DNA of 64,000 nucleotides from Candidatus Eiseniibacteriota bacterium (GTDB lineage Bacteria; Eisenbacteria; RBG-16-71-46): NCBI GenBank assembly GCA_963744995.1, contig CAVUWA010000011.1, positions 320,001 to 384,000 of the forward strand, read 5' to 3'. Shown piece by piece: positions 1 to 8,801 of this stretch (position 1 is its first letter; each line of letters starts with the position of its first letter). The notes under the pieces were generated by a model. It saw only the letters and a program-made list of their open reading frames with translations, ran no database searches and was not told where the DNA came from. The position numbers and the translations under genes were made by a program.

Positions 1-1
1 G

Positions 2-550
2 TTCTACACCCTGGCCGAGGACCATCAGCACTGCGCGATCGGCTGCCACACGCACAAGCTGCCGCTGCCGCCGGAGCGCGAAGGCGATCTGCCGCGCGCG
101 ATCGGCCTGATGACGGGCTGCGGCTACATCGGGGCCGGGGAAGTCGCCGGCATTCCGGTGCTGCCGAACACGCCGAAGGCGGTCGCCTACGGTCCCGCCG
201 ACGCACCGGGCTTCGAGGCCGATGTCGTCATCGTCGCTGCGAACCCCGCGCAGGCGATGCTGCTCTACGAGGCCGCGCTCAAGGCCGGCGCAGGAAACGC
301 GCTCACGAACGCACTCGGCAGGCCCGCATGCGCGGTGCTGCCGCTGACGGTCGGGATGGGCACCACCGCCGCGTCGTTCGGCTGCAAGGGCAATCGCATT
401 CACAGCGGACTGCCGGATGGCGAGATGTACGTCTCGGTGCCGGCTGCGAAGTGGAGTGCCGTGAAGGAGGCCCTGGTCGAAACCTGTCGCGCCAACGAGA
501 GCATGGGCGCGTATTACGTGGAGCATCGGGCCGAGGTCGAGCAGGCCTGA
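2..550 (+). CDS. DUF169 domain protein (5' partial)
   Basis: The frame is open from base 2 (FYTLAEDHQHCAIGCHTH...). It has Cys-rich motifs, YGP, DVVIVAANPAQAMLL and SFGCKGNR, as typical of DUF169. Confidence 0.7.
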   Translation, partial: FYTLAEDHQHCAIGCHTHKLPLPPEREGDLPRAIGLMTGCGYIGAGEVAGIPVLPNTPKAVAYGPADAPGFEADVVIVAANPAQAMLLYEAALKAGAGNALTNALGRPACAVLPLTVGMGTTAASFGCKGNRIHSGLPDGEMYVSVPAAKWSAVKEALVETCRANESMGAYYVEHRAEVEQA

Positions 551-680
551 ACGGCCACCGGCTTTATCGTCGGTGCGCGACGTCGGTGAAGATGCAGAAG
601 ACCATGGATTCGGCGGGGCGCGCCGACCTGCGCTACACGCTGCTTCACGAGGCCGGCACGGGAACCCGTTCGCAGCGCGG

Positions 681-785
681 CGCCCGGGCGCGTGCCGGGA
701 GCGCGGCGGCGGCGCGGCGATTCAGCGCCGCGTCCGGGCGTGTGCCGGGCCCGCGGCGGCGGTGCGGCGATTCAGCGCCGCGCCC
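681..785. repeat. Two tandem copies of a 50-bp GC-rich unit between convergent genes
   Basis: 681-730 and 731-780 are identical at 45/50 positions (core gcggcgattcagcgccgcg). Confidence 0.8.
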
Positions 786-805
786 GTCCTGCCCGCCGCG
801 CGGCG

Positions 806-1366
806 CTAGCGCGATTTCTTGTCGCCCACGCCCGCGAACAGCTCGCCGACGCTGGATTCTTTCGCGAACCTGGCTTCGTGCTGGATCAGCCACTTCTTGC
901 GATGGATGCCGCCGCCGTAGCCGGTGAGCTTGCCGTTGGCGCCGATCACGCGATGGCACGGCACGATGACCGGAATCGGGTTCTGGTTGTTTGCCAGTCC
1001 CACCGCGCGCGCCGCCTTCGGCTGGCCGATCGTCTTGGCGATCTGGCCGTAGGTGCGCGTTTCCCCGAACGGAATCTCGCAAAGCGCTTTCCAGACCTGG
1101 ATCTGGAAGTCCGAGCCCACGAGATCCAGCGGCACCGTGAACGCGTAGCGTTGCCCCGTGAAATACTCGTCCAGCTCGTCCACGGCATCCCGAAGGTCCA
1201 GCAGCGACGGCTCCCACGTGGCGTCGGGATAGTCATTCGAGTGGCGCGCGATCATGCGCTTGAGGCTCTTGCGGTCCATGAAGTCGACGTAGCGCAGGCC
1301 GTTTTCGGTGCGCGCCAGGAACAGCAGGCCGACGGGCGAAGACATCATGTGGTAGGCGATTCGCAT
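806..1366 (-). CDS. ogt: Methylated-DNA--protein-cysteine S-methyltransferase
   Basis: SPVG N-terminus, FQIQVWKALCEIPFGETRTYGQIA, AARAVG and the active-site NPIPVIVPCHRVIG. Start placed at MRIAY. Confidence 0.95.
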   Translation of the reverse strand: MRIAYHMMSSPVGLLFLARTENGLRYVDFMDRKSLKRMIARHSNDYPDATWEPSLLDLRDAVDELDEYFTGQRYAFTVPLDLVGSDFQIQVWKALCEIPFGETRTYGQIAKTIGQPKAARAVGLANNQNPIPVIVPCHRVIGANGKLTGYGGGIHRKKWLIQHEARFAKESSVGELFAGVGDKKSR

Positions 1367-1894
1367 GGACGCAGAGTAGCCGACGGAGAGGGGTGCCACA
1401 AGAGCCGGACTGGAAGGATTCGGACGTGACTATCCGGCGAAGCCGGGGTTTTTGCAGCGCGGGCGCGGCGCTCGGAGTGCGGCTTCGCGGCGCGATCGGC
1501 CCACGCCGGGGTGGCGCCAGGCGGGGCGATGCGGCCGGACGGGAAGCGCGCATTGCGCGGGCCATTCGTCCGGGCGGTGTGCGCGGCGCGTTTCGAATTG
1601 CGCAGCCACGCGCGACTTGATATCCGCGCGCTGCGAGTCGGCGCGGCAAGAATGTTCTTGACGCTTTTTCGCGGGCGCCCTTCCAGCGCTTCCGTGCGGC
1701 GCCCAGATCATCGCGCCGTTGCGCAGAGGAGGCGTCGTGCGCGCACGAACCCGCGTGAATCCAATTTCGCGCGATGCACGTGTGCGATCTGCGCGCTGCG
1801 CGGATCCCTGAGCTCCGAAAATCGGTGTGATATGAAAGGCATGCGCTCCCGCGCAGATTCCCCGCGTATCCCGCCCCCGCGGAGTGAAGTCGAA

Positions 1895-3052
1895 ATGCGC
1901 GTGCGTTCGCTGTCGCATCTGTCGCCCCGGACCCTGCTGGATCGTGTCGCCGAACTCCTGGCCCGTGAGCGCGAAGTCACCGCGGAGCTGATTCTGTGTC
2001 TTGCCGAGGTTCTGCGCCGGCACCTTTACGCCGTCGAGGGCTATCCATCCATGCACGCCTATTGCGTCGGCGCGCTCGGGCTCTCTGAAGACGAAGCCGG
2101 CAGGCGCATCCGTGTCGTTCGCATGGCGCGGCGCTTCCCGCAGATTCTCGCGATGATTGCCGACGGCCGGCTGCACCTGAGCGGCGTGTGCCTGCTGGCG
2201 CCGCACCTGACCCACGACAACGCGGCCGAGCTGCTCGCGGCGGCCGCGCGACGGAGCAAGCGCCAGATCGAACAGCTCCTGGCCGAGCGCTTCCCGCAGG
2301 AGGACGTGCCGGCGCTGGTGGGGCCGATCGGACCTGCCGCTGAACCGGCGGACCCGAAGAAATCCGTCCCGGGACGGATTTTCGACACGCCGGAACTCGG
2401 CACGCTCGCGCGGACGGTCACGGCGGATGTCGTTGAGCCATCAGCACCTCCGGCAGTCGAAGAGCCTGGCGCCGACCCCGGGAAATCCGTCCCGGGACGG
2501 ATTCTGGAGGCCACGCCGCCGCGCCCGCGCCTCGCGCCGCTCGCCCCGGAACGTTACGCGATCCAGTTCACCATGGATCAGGGCATGCACGATGACCTGG
2601 TGCGCGCGCAGGAGCTGCTCGGGCACGTGATCGCACCGGGCGAGATCACCGAAGTCCTTCGGCGTGCGCTGCGGGAACTCGTGACGAAACTCGAGAAAGC
2701 AAGATTCGCGGCGACGAGCCGCCCGAAGCCCGGGAAGACCCCGTGCGCAGAGTCTTCGAACTCCCGGCACATTCCGGCCGCCGTCAAACGCGAAGTCCAT
2801 GCCCGCGACGAGGGCCACTGCACGTTCGTAAGCGAAACCGGTCACCGCTGCGAATCACGCGAGGCGCTCGAATTCGATCACGTGATCCCGGTCGCGAAGG
2901 GCGGAAAGTCGGAGCCCGGGAACCTGAGACTTCTCTGCCGCGCGCACAATCAATACGAAGCCAGTCAGGCGCTGGGAGAAGGCTTCATGCATGAGATCCG
3001 GGAGCGGGCGCGGGCGTCCAGAGGGTCGCAGGCGACAGCCGCGGCGCCGTGA
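1895..3052 (+). CDS. DUF222-like N-terminal domain + C-terminal HNH endonuclease
   Basis: Helical N-terminus (GYPSMHAYCVGALGLSEDEAGRRIRV). C-terminal RHIPAAVKREVHARDEGHCTF...RC...LEFDHVIPVAKGG...NLRLLCRAHN HNH motif. Confidence 0.85.
   Translation: MRVRSLSHLSPRTLLDRVAELLAREREVTAELILCLAEVLRRHLYAVEGYPSMHAYCVGALGLSEDEAGRRIRVVRMARRFPQILAMIADGRLHLSGVCLLAPHLTHDNAAELLAAAARRSKRQIEQLLAERFPQEDVPALVGPIGPAAEPADPKKSVPGRIFDTPELGTLARTVTADVVEPSAPPAVEEPGADPGKSVPGRILEATPPRPRLAPLAPERYAIQFTMDQGMHDDLVRAQELLGHVIAPGEITEVLRRALRELVTKLEKARFAATSRPKPGKTPCAESSNSRHIPAAVKREVHARDEGHCTFVSETGHRCESREALEFDHVIPVAKGGKSEPGNLRLLCRAHNQYEASQALGEGFMHEIRERARASRGSQATAAAP
2360..2503. repeat. Two copies of the perfect palindrome AATCCGTCCCGGGACGGATT inside the HNH gene
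   Basis: Copies at 2361-2380 (22 bp including flanks 2360-2381) and 2484-2503, 123 bp apart. Both lie within codons for KSVPGRI. Confidence 0.95.
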
Positions 3053-3225
3053 AGCCGGCCTGGACGTCCGAGACGAGATCACGCGACGGGCCCGGCCGGG
3101 GATACGCGGTCGGCCGCGGCGCGGTGAAGCCGGCCGGGCGCCTGGACCAGGCAGGCCTGAATCACGATCGTGCGGCCGGGCGGCCTGCTCGCGCGGGTGA
3201 GTGCGCGGCCGGCGCTTCGCGCGGT

Positions 3226-4272
3226 TCAGTACCCCTCGCCCTCGCGGGCGGCTTCGGCCCGGCCGCGGTGGATCCGGAACAGCACCACGAAATAGGCGAT
3301 CGCGATCGGGAAGCCGATCAGCCACCAGCCGAGGGCGGTGCGCAGGCCGGCTTCCGTCGAACCGGAGTTCTGCGCGGTGATCGAGAGCGCGGGGTTCGTG
3401 ATCGATTTCAGGATCACGGGATACAGACACGCAGCGGTGGCGACGAGCATGCCGGCGAGATACGCGCACGAGCCGAGAAACGCGAACCCGGGTCTGTTTC
3501 CACGCGCGAACGCGAACACGCCGACGAGCCCGCCGCCGGCGAGCGCGAGCCCGAGCCACGCGAGCGGCCGGCCGGGCAGCGCCAGGAGCAAATTCGGGTT
3601 CACGAAATACGTCGCGAGAGTCGCGAGCGGCCACAGCACGGCCGTCACGAGATAGAAGCGCGGCACCAGCGCGCGGGCGCGCTCTGCGACGGCGCCCGAG
3701 GCGCGCCACGACAGCCATGCGGCGCCGTGGCCGAGCAGCGCGACCAGCGCGAATACGCCGGCGAGCACGGTGTACCAGTCCAGGATCCCGGCCGGATCGC
3801 GCGGCAGGAAATTCGTGAACAAGACCAGCTCGAACCAGCCGTCGGCATTCAGCGGCACGCCGCGTATGACGTTGCCGAGCGCTGCGCCGAACAGGATCGC
3901 GAGCAGCCCGCTCGCGCCGCAGAACGCCGCATCCCAGAAGCCGCGCCACAGCGCATGCTGCACGTGGCTCCGGAACTCGATCGCGATGGCGCGCCCGATC
4001 AGGCACCAGAGCACGAGAAATATCGCGAAATAGAATCCCGACAGCCCCGCGGCGAGCGCGGCCGGAAACGCCACGAACAACGCCCCGCCCGACGCGAGCA
4101 GCCAGACCTCGTTCGCGTCCCAGAACGGGCCGATCGCGGCGAGCACGGTGCGGCGCTCGGTGTCGTTGCGCGCGATCCAGAGGTGCAGCGCGCCGGCGCC
4201 CAGGTCGTAGCCGTCGAGAACCACGTAGGCCGCGAGCATGACGGCCACGATGCCGTACCAGAGCTCATGCAT
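3226..4272 (-). CDS. cydB: Cytochrome bd ubiquinol oxidase subunit II
   Basis: YVVLDGYDLGAG and IGPFWDANEVWL motifs, multiple TM helices, directly downstream of cydA. Confidence 0.95.
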   Translation of the reverse strand: MHELWYGIVAVMLAAYVVLDGYDLGAGALHLWIARNDTERRTVLAAIGPFWDANEVWLLASGGALFVAFPAALAAGLSGFYFAIFLVLWCLIGRAIAIEFRSHVQHALWRGFWDAAFCGASGLLAILFGAALGNVIRGVPLNADGWFELVLFTNFLPRDPAGILDWYTVLAGVFALVALLGHGAAWLSWRASGAVAERARALVPRFYLVTAVLWPLATLATYFVNPNLLLALPGRPLAWLGLALAGGGLVGVFAFARGNRPGFAFLGSCAYLAGMLVATAACLYPVILKSITNPALSITAQNSGSTEAGLRTALGWWLIGFPIAIAYFVVLFRIHRGRAEAAREGEGY

Positions 4273-4343
4273 GCGTCTGGGCTCCTGCAGGGCCGGCGGG
4301 CGCCGGCCGTGGCCCGGGCGTGAGGCGCTTCGAACTCACGAAC

Positions 4344-5681
4344 TCATGCATGGGGCTCGCCTGCGGCGCTCACAGGCCCATGCACGATCTCGCGCCCGAT
4401 CATGAACACGAACAGAAGCCCCAGCACCAGGTACAGCCCGGCGAAGCCGATCAGAGTGAACAGCGCGCTGCCGGAATGCACCAGCGGGCTCGACGCCTCG
4501 TTCGTGCGCAGCAGGCCATAGACGACCCACGGCTGACGCCCGAGCTCGGCGCTCATCCAGCCGGCCGTGTTCGCAATGTACGGAAACGGAAACGCGAGCA
4601 TGAGCACCCAGAGCATGGCGCGCGAGCCGTAGAGCCGTCGTCGCCACGCGAGCAGCGTGGCGATTCCCATGACCAAGACAAAAATCGTCCCGAGCCCGAC
4701 CATGATGTGAAACGCGTAGTACAGGAGCTCTATGTTGTCCGGCCAGGTGTCCTGCGGGAACGCATCGAGCCCGGCGACGTTCGAATGAAATGCGCCGAAG
4801 GCGAGAAAACTCAGCACGCCCGGCACCTGCAGCGGATTGTCGATCTTCTGCTCGGCGACGTTCGGCTGGCCGATCAGCGTGATGCGCGCGTAGGGGCCGC
4901 TCTCGAAGCGGCCCTCCATCGCCGCGAGTCCGGCGGGCTGGTGCTTCGCGACCAGCTTGGCCTGATGATCGCCGGTCGGAAACGCGACCAGAATGCTGGA
5001 AATCAGCCCCGCGATCACACCCACGCGCAGAAAGCGCCGCGCGGGAGCGCCGTGCCTGCCGGCGAGCGCGTAATAGGCGCCGACGGCGGCGACCACGAAC
5101 GCGCTGGTGACCACGCTCGCGATCATGGTGTGCGCGTACTCGGCGAGCGCCCAGGGATTGAACAGGAACGCCCGGAAACTCGCGAGCTGCAGGCGCCCGA
5201 CGGCGTCCACGGCGTAGCCCACGGGATGCTGCAGGAACGCGTTGGTGGTCACGATGAAGTAGCCGGACAGCCAGCTGCCGACGAACAGCGCGAACGCCGA
5301 GAGCCAGTGCCCGATGCGGCCGACGCGCTGCTCGCCCCAGATCAGCACGGCGAGAAAACTGGATTCCAAGAAGAACGCGAACAGGCCCTCCATCGCCAGC
5401 GTGTGGCCGATCACGCTGCCGGCATAGCGCGAGAGCCCGGCCCAGTTGGTGCCGAACTGGAACTCCATCGGGATTCCGGTCACCACGCCCATGGCGAAGT
5501 TGATGCCGAAGATCCGGATCCAGAACCGCGCCGCCGCGTTCCACGCCTCGCCGCCCTCGCGCAGGGCGAGCGACTTCATCACCAGGATCAGCAGCGCCAG
5601 CCCCATCGTGAGCTGCGGGAACAGATAGTGATAGACGATGGTGAAGGCGAACTGGAGCCTGTGCCAGAAAGCGAAGTCCAT
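4344..5681 (-). CDS. cydA: Cytochrome bd ubiquinol oxidase subunit I
   Basis: RLQFAFTIVYHYLF, GVVTGIPMEFQFGTNW, EGLFAFFLES and ELGRQPW motifs. Confidence 0.96.
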   Translation of the reverse strand: MDFAFWHRLQFAFTIVYHYLFPQLTMGLALLILVMKSLALREGGEAWNAAARFWIRIFGINFAMGVVTGIPMEFQFGTNWAGLSRYAGSVIGHTLAMEGLFAFFLESSFLAVLIWGEQRVGRIGHWLSAFALFVGSWLSGYFIVTTNAFLQHPVGYAVDAVGRLQLASFRAFLFNPWALAEYAHTMIASVVTSAFVVAAVGAYYALAGRHGAPARRFLRVGVIAGLISSILVAFPTGDHQAKLVAKHQPAGLAAMEGRFESGPYARITLIGQPNVAEQKIDNPLQVPGVLSFLAFGAFHSNVAGLDAFPQDTWPDNIELLYYAFHIMVGLGTIFVLVMGIATLLAWRRRLYGSRAMLWVLMLAFPFPYIANTAGWMSAELGRQPWVVYGLLRTNEASSPLVHSGSALFTLIGFAGLYLVLGLLFVFMIGREIVHGPVSAAGEPHA

Positions 5682-5714
5682 GATGCTCCCGTGAGACGCG
5701 AGAAGGCGCACGGG

Positions 5715-5742
5715 ATTGTAGGAGTGTTGGCGCCGCCGTCAA
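5715..5742 (-). promoter_or_regulatory. Putative sigma70 promoter of cydAB
   Basis: TTGACG-16bp-TACAAT on the minus strand, 33 nt upstream of the cydA ATG. Confidence 0.6.
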
Positions 5743-5862
5743 ACGGGCGGGATGCAGGTCCGATTCGCTGCCGCCCGCCGGGGCGAGACCCCGGCGCGCC
5801 GCGCCGTGCTCGAGGCGGTCGCGATGGCCCGCGACGCGCTGCGTCGCTTCGCCCGCCCGCCG

Positions 5863-5891
5863 TTGACACGTCCAATGCACGCTTCGATAAT
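5863..5891 (+). promoter_or_regulatory. Putative sigma70 promoter of the effector operon
   Basis: TTGACA-17bp-GATAAT, followed by a GAGGAG RBS before the ATG at 5955. Confidence 0.7.
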
Positions 5892-5954
5892 GCGCTTCCC
5901 GCGCACGGAGGCGCATCCGACGCCTCGTTCCACCCGACAGAGGAGACTCGCACC

Positions 5955-6497
5955 ATGTCTCGAGAAACCGAGCGCCTGTCCGGGTCCGCGACCACCGCCG
6001 TTCGCGACGCTGCGGCGCCCGAGTGGCTGAGCGGCCAGATCGCGCCGCGCGACGCCGCAGGACCCGCGTTGATCACCGGACATCTGGAAGGCATCGACGA
6101 CGAAGGATGCCTTCTGTTCGTTCCCGAAGGCGAAACGCGGGCTTTTCCGGTGGCGATCGGCATGGAGATCTCGGACGGGGTGCTGGTGCGCGCGGCGCGG
6201 CGCCGTTCGCGTGCGGCGGTGATGCGCACCGCCGACCCCGCGGCACGCTGGCTGCTGGTCGGCCTCGTGCGCGAGCGCGTGTCGGCGAAGGCGCGCGATG
6301 CCGGGCGCGGCCGACTCGAGGTCAAGGTGGACGGCGAGCGCATCCGGCTCGAGGCCGAGCACGACATCGAGCTCAAGTGCGGGAGCGCCAGCATCACGCT
6401 GCGCTACGACGGCCGCATCGAGGTCAAGGGTACGCACATTCTATCCGCTTCGCGTGGTGCCAACCGCGTGAAGGGCGCGACGATCGCGCTCAATTGA
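5955..6497 (+). CDS. DUF6484-like protein with a VgrG-tip-like C-terminus
   Basis: RBS-preceded ATG. C-terminus VDGERIRLEAEHDIELKCGSASITLRYDGRIEVKG...NRVKGATIALN. First gene of a DUF2169/DUF4150 operon. Confidence 0.7.
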   Translation: MSRETERLSGSATTAVRDAAAPEWLSGQIAPRDAAGPALITGHLEGIDDEGCLLFVPEGETRAFPVAIGMEISDGVLVRAARRRSRAAVMRTADPAARWLLVGLVRERVSAKARDAGRGRLEVKVDGERIRLEAEHDIELKCGSASITLRYDGRIEVKGTHILSASRGANRVKGATIALN

Positions 6498-6507
6498 CGG
6501 ACGCTTC

Positions 6508-7692
6508 GTGAATCCCCCCACGGCCGCCGCGGCGTCGCGTCCGGCAATCCCGGACGTGGTCGCCGAACATCTCGAAGAGTACGGCTTCCTCACGCTGCAG
6601 CGGCGCAAGCTGCTGTTCGCCGCCGACTTCGCCGAACGCCGGCTGCCGGCCCACGACGAGCGCCTCGCCGCGCACTGGGACGGACTCGTCACGAACATGC
6701 CGGCGAGCGCCGAGCTGGCCGCCGAAAAGCTCGAAGAGGCCGAGGACCCGTGGGCGCTGGCGAGCGCCGCGCGCGCGTGGCTCGCGCTCGCGCGCCCCGC
6801 CACGGACGAGATCCTGAAGCGCTGGGCCGAGCTCGCGCCGGAAGCGGCCCCGGCGTGGCGCGAGGCGCTGCGCGGGCTCGATCGCGACACGCTGGATGCG
6901 CTGATCCCGCCGCACCTCCGGCGCAAGCTCGCGCCACAGGCGCTCGCGCTCATGGTGGACGCCGTCGCCTGGCACGGCGACGTCGAGCTCGCCGTGGATT
7001 CGGCGCAGCATCCGGAGCCCTTCGTGCGCCTGGCGGTCGCGCGCGCGCTCGGGATGGCCGAGGGAGCGGAATCCGTGGAAGCGCCGTTGCGCGCGCTCAG
7101 CGAAGACGCCGAAACATCCGTGCAGCGCCGCGCGCTCTGGGGCTGGGCGCGGCTCGTGCCGGATTTCGCGCTGCCGGTCGTGCGTCAGCGCGCGCGCGGC
7201 GCGGCGCCCGATCCGTTCGCGCTGCGCGTGCTCGGACTCTTGAGCGGCCCGGACGACCTGGGGCTCATCGCCGACGGCGCCGCCACCGACGCGGGCCGCC
7301 CTGCCGCGTTCCACGCGCTCGCCGATCTCGGCACCGAGGACGCGATCGAGGCCCTGGTGAAACTGCTGGCGCTGCCCGACGAGGCTGTCGTGAAAGTCGT
7401 GACCGAGGCGCTCGAGTCGGCGATCGGTGCGATTCCACGCGAAGATCCCGAGGCGCCGGCGACGCCGGCCGAGGGCCGGGCGGCGTGGGAGGGGCTCGGC
7501 GCGCCCGCGGGCGTGCGGCTCACGCGCGGGCAGCCGCGCCCGTGGCGCGGGCCGAAGTCCGAAGAGCCGATGCTGTGGCGCTGGCGCGTCGCGATCGCGA
7601 CGAACCGGCCCGACACGGCCTGGCTCGCACGCGAGGTGCCGGACGGCTTCTTCACGGCACGGCCGACGGCCGTCGCGAATCCGGGGGAGTAG
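6508..7692 (+). CDS. TIGR02270-like HEAT-repeat protein
   Basis: IPDVVAEHLEEYGFL...RLAAHWDGL N-terminus, helical repeats, usual neighbour of DUF2169. Confidence 0.7.
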   Translation: MNPPTAAAASRPAIPDVVAEHLEEYGFLTLQRRKLLFAADFAERRLPAHDERLAAHWDGLVTNMPASAELAAEKLEEAEDPWALASAARAWLALARPATDEILKRWAELAPEAAPAWREALRGLDRDTLDALIPPHLRRKLAPQALALMVDAVAWHGDVELAVDSAQHPEPFVRLAVARALGMAEGAESVEAPLRALSEDAETSVQRRALWGWARLVPDFALPVVRQRARGAAPDPFALRVLGLLSGPDDLGLIADGAATDAGRPAAFHALADLGTEDAIEALVKLLALPDEAVVKVVTEALESAIGAIPREDPEAPATPAEGRAAWEGLGAPAGVRLTRGQPRPWRGPKSEEPMLWRWRVAIATNRPDTAWLAREVPDGFFTARPTAVANPGE

Positions 7693-7696
7693 GGCG

Positions 7697-8764
7697 TTGG
7701 AAGTCCGCAACAGAACGAGGCACGTCGCCGGATTCTCGGTGCAGCTCGACAGGAACGGTGGCGAGCACATGGTCGTGTGTGTGCGAGGTGCGTGGTCACT
7801 GGACGACCGCGGCCGCCTCGTGCTCATGGACGAGCCGCCGCCGTTTCTCCCCGCCGACGAATGCATCGGCGAGCCCGGCATGAGCAGCGTGCGCTGGGAA
7901 GCCGATCTGGGGCCGATGAAGCCGGGCACCGACTGCGCGCTCACGGGCGTCGCGGTCGCGCCGAAGGGTCGCGCCCGTGCCGTGAACGTGTCGTTCCGCG
8001 TCGGCCCGGTGGCGAAGAAGGCGCGCGTCACCGGCGAGCGCAGGACGCTGTTCTGGTTCCTCAAGTGGTGGCACTCGCCGGCGAAGGCGTTCCAGCGCGT
8101 GCCGCTCGCGTGGGAACTGGCGAAGGGCGGCAGCGACGAGACACCGAAGAACGACAAGCATCACTCGCTGGATCTGAACAATCCACTGGGTCGCGGCTTC
8201 CGCGCGCGCGGCTCGAAGCAGAAGTGCATCGGCCAGCCGCAGCCGCAGATCTTCGCGCCGCGCGGCTGCCTGGGGCTCATGGCCGCGCGCGAGCCGGGCG
8301 GCTTCGGGCTCACCGGCGGGCATTGGAAGCACCGGCGCAAATACGCCGGGACCTACGACGACGCGTGGACCGAGAACCGCGCGCCGCTGCTGCCGGAAGA
8401 TTTCGACGAGCGGTTTCACCTGGCCGCGGCGCCGGGGCTCTCGACCGAGACCCATCTCACGGGCGGCGAGTCGGTGGAGGTCCGCGGCGCGACGCCGTCC
8501 GGGAAGCTCGCGTTCCGGCTTCCGCAAGTCCGGCTCGACGTGCGGGCGACGCTCGACGGCGCGCCTGAGCCGATCGAGATGAAGCTCGTGACCGTGCAGG
8601 TGGACACGGCGCTGATGCAGCTGCGCATGACGTGGCGCGGCGACCTGTACGTGCACGGGCGCTTCCCGAAACTCAAGTTCGTGGACGTCGCCGAGCCGGG
8701 CCAGACGCGCACCCGGACCGTCCGCGGCGGCGCGGCGGCCGACGACGAGCGGGGCGCAGCGTGA
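7697..8764 (+). CDS. DUF2169 T6SS effector adaptor
   Basis: EADLGPMKPGTDC, RVTGERR, NPLGRGF and RRKYAGTYDDAW...PLLPEDFDERF motifs. TTG start inferred from a GGGAG RBS. Confidence 0.88.
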   Translation: MEVRNRTRHVAGFSVQLDRNGGEHMVVCVRGAWSLDDRGRLVLMDEPPPFLPADECIGEPGMSSVRWEADLGPMKPGTDCALTGVAVAPKGRARAVNVSFRVGPVAKKARVTGERRTLFWFLKWWHSPAKAFQRVPLAWELAKGGSDETPKNDKHHSLDLNNPLGRGFRARGSKQKCIGQPQPQIFAPRGCLGLMAAREPGGFGLTGGHWKHRRKYAGTYDDAWTENRAPLLPEDFDERFHLAAAPGLSTETHLTGGESVEVRGATPSGKLAFRLPQVRLDVRATLDGAPEPIEMKLVTVQVDTALMQLRMTWRGDLYVHGRFPKLKFVDVAEPGQTRTRTVRGGAAADDERGAA

Positions 8765-8801
8765 GAACACAGGGTCCGGCAGCCGGGGCCGGGACGCTCG
8801 T

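Noticed and set aside
4320..5954. N-terminal extension of the 725-aa ORF
   Set aside because: Antisense to cydA. The promoter and RBS support a start at 5955.
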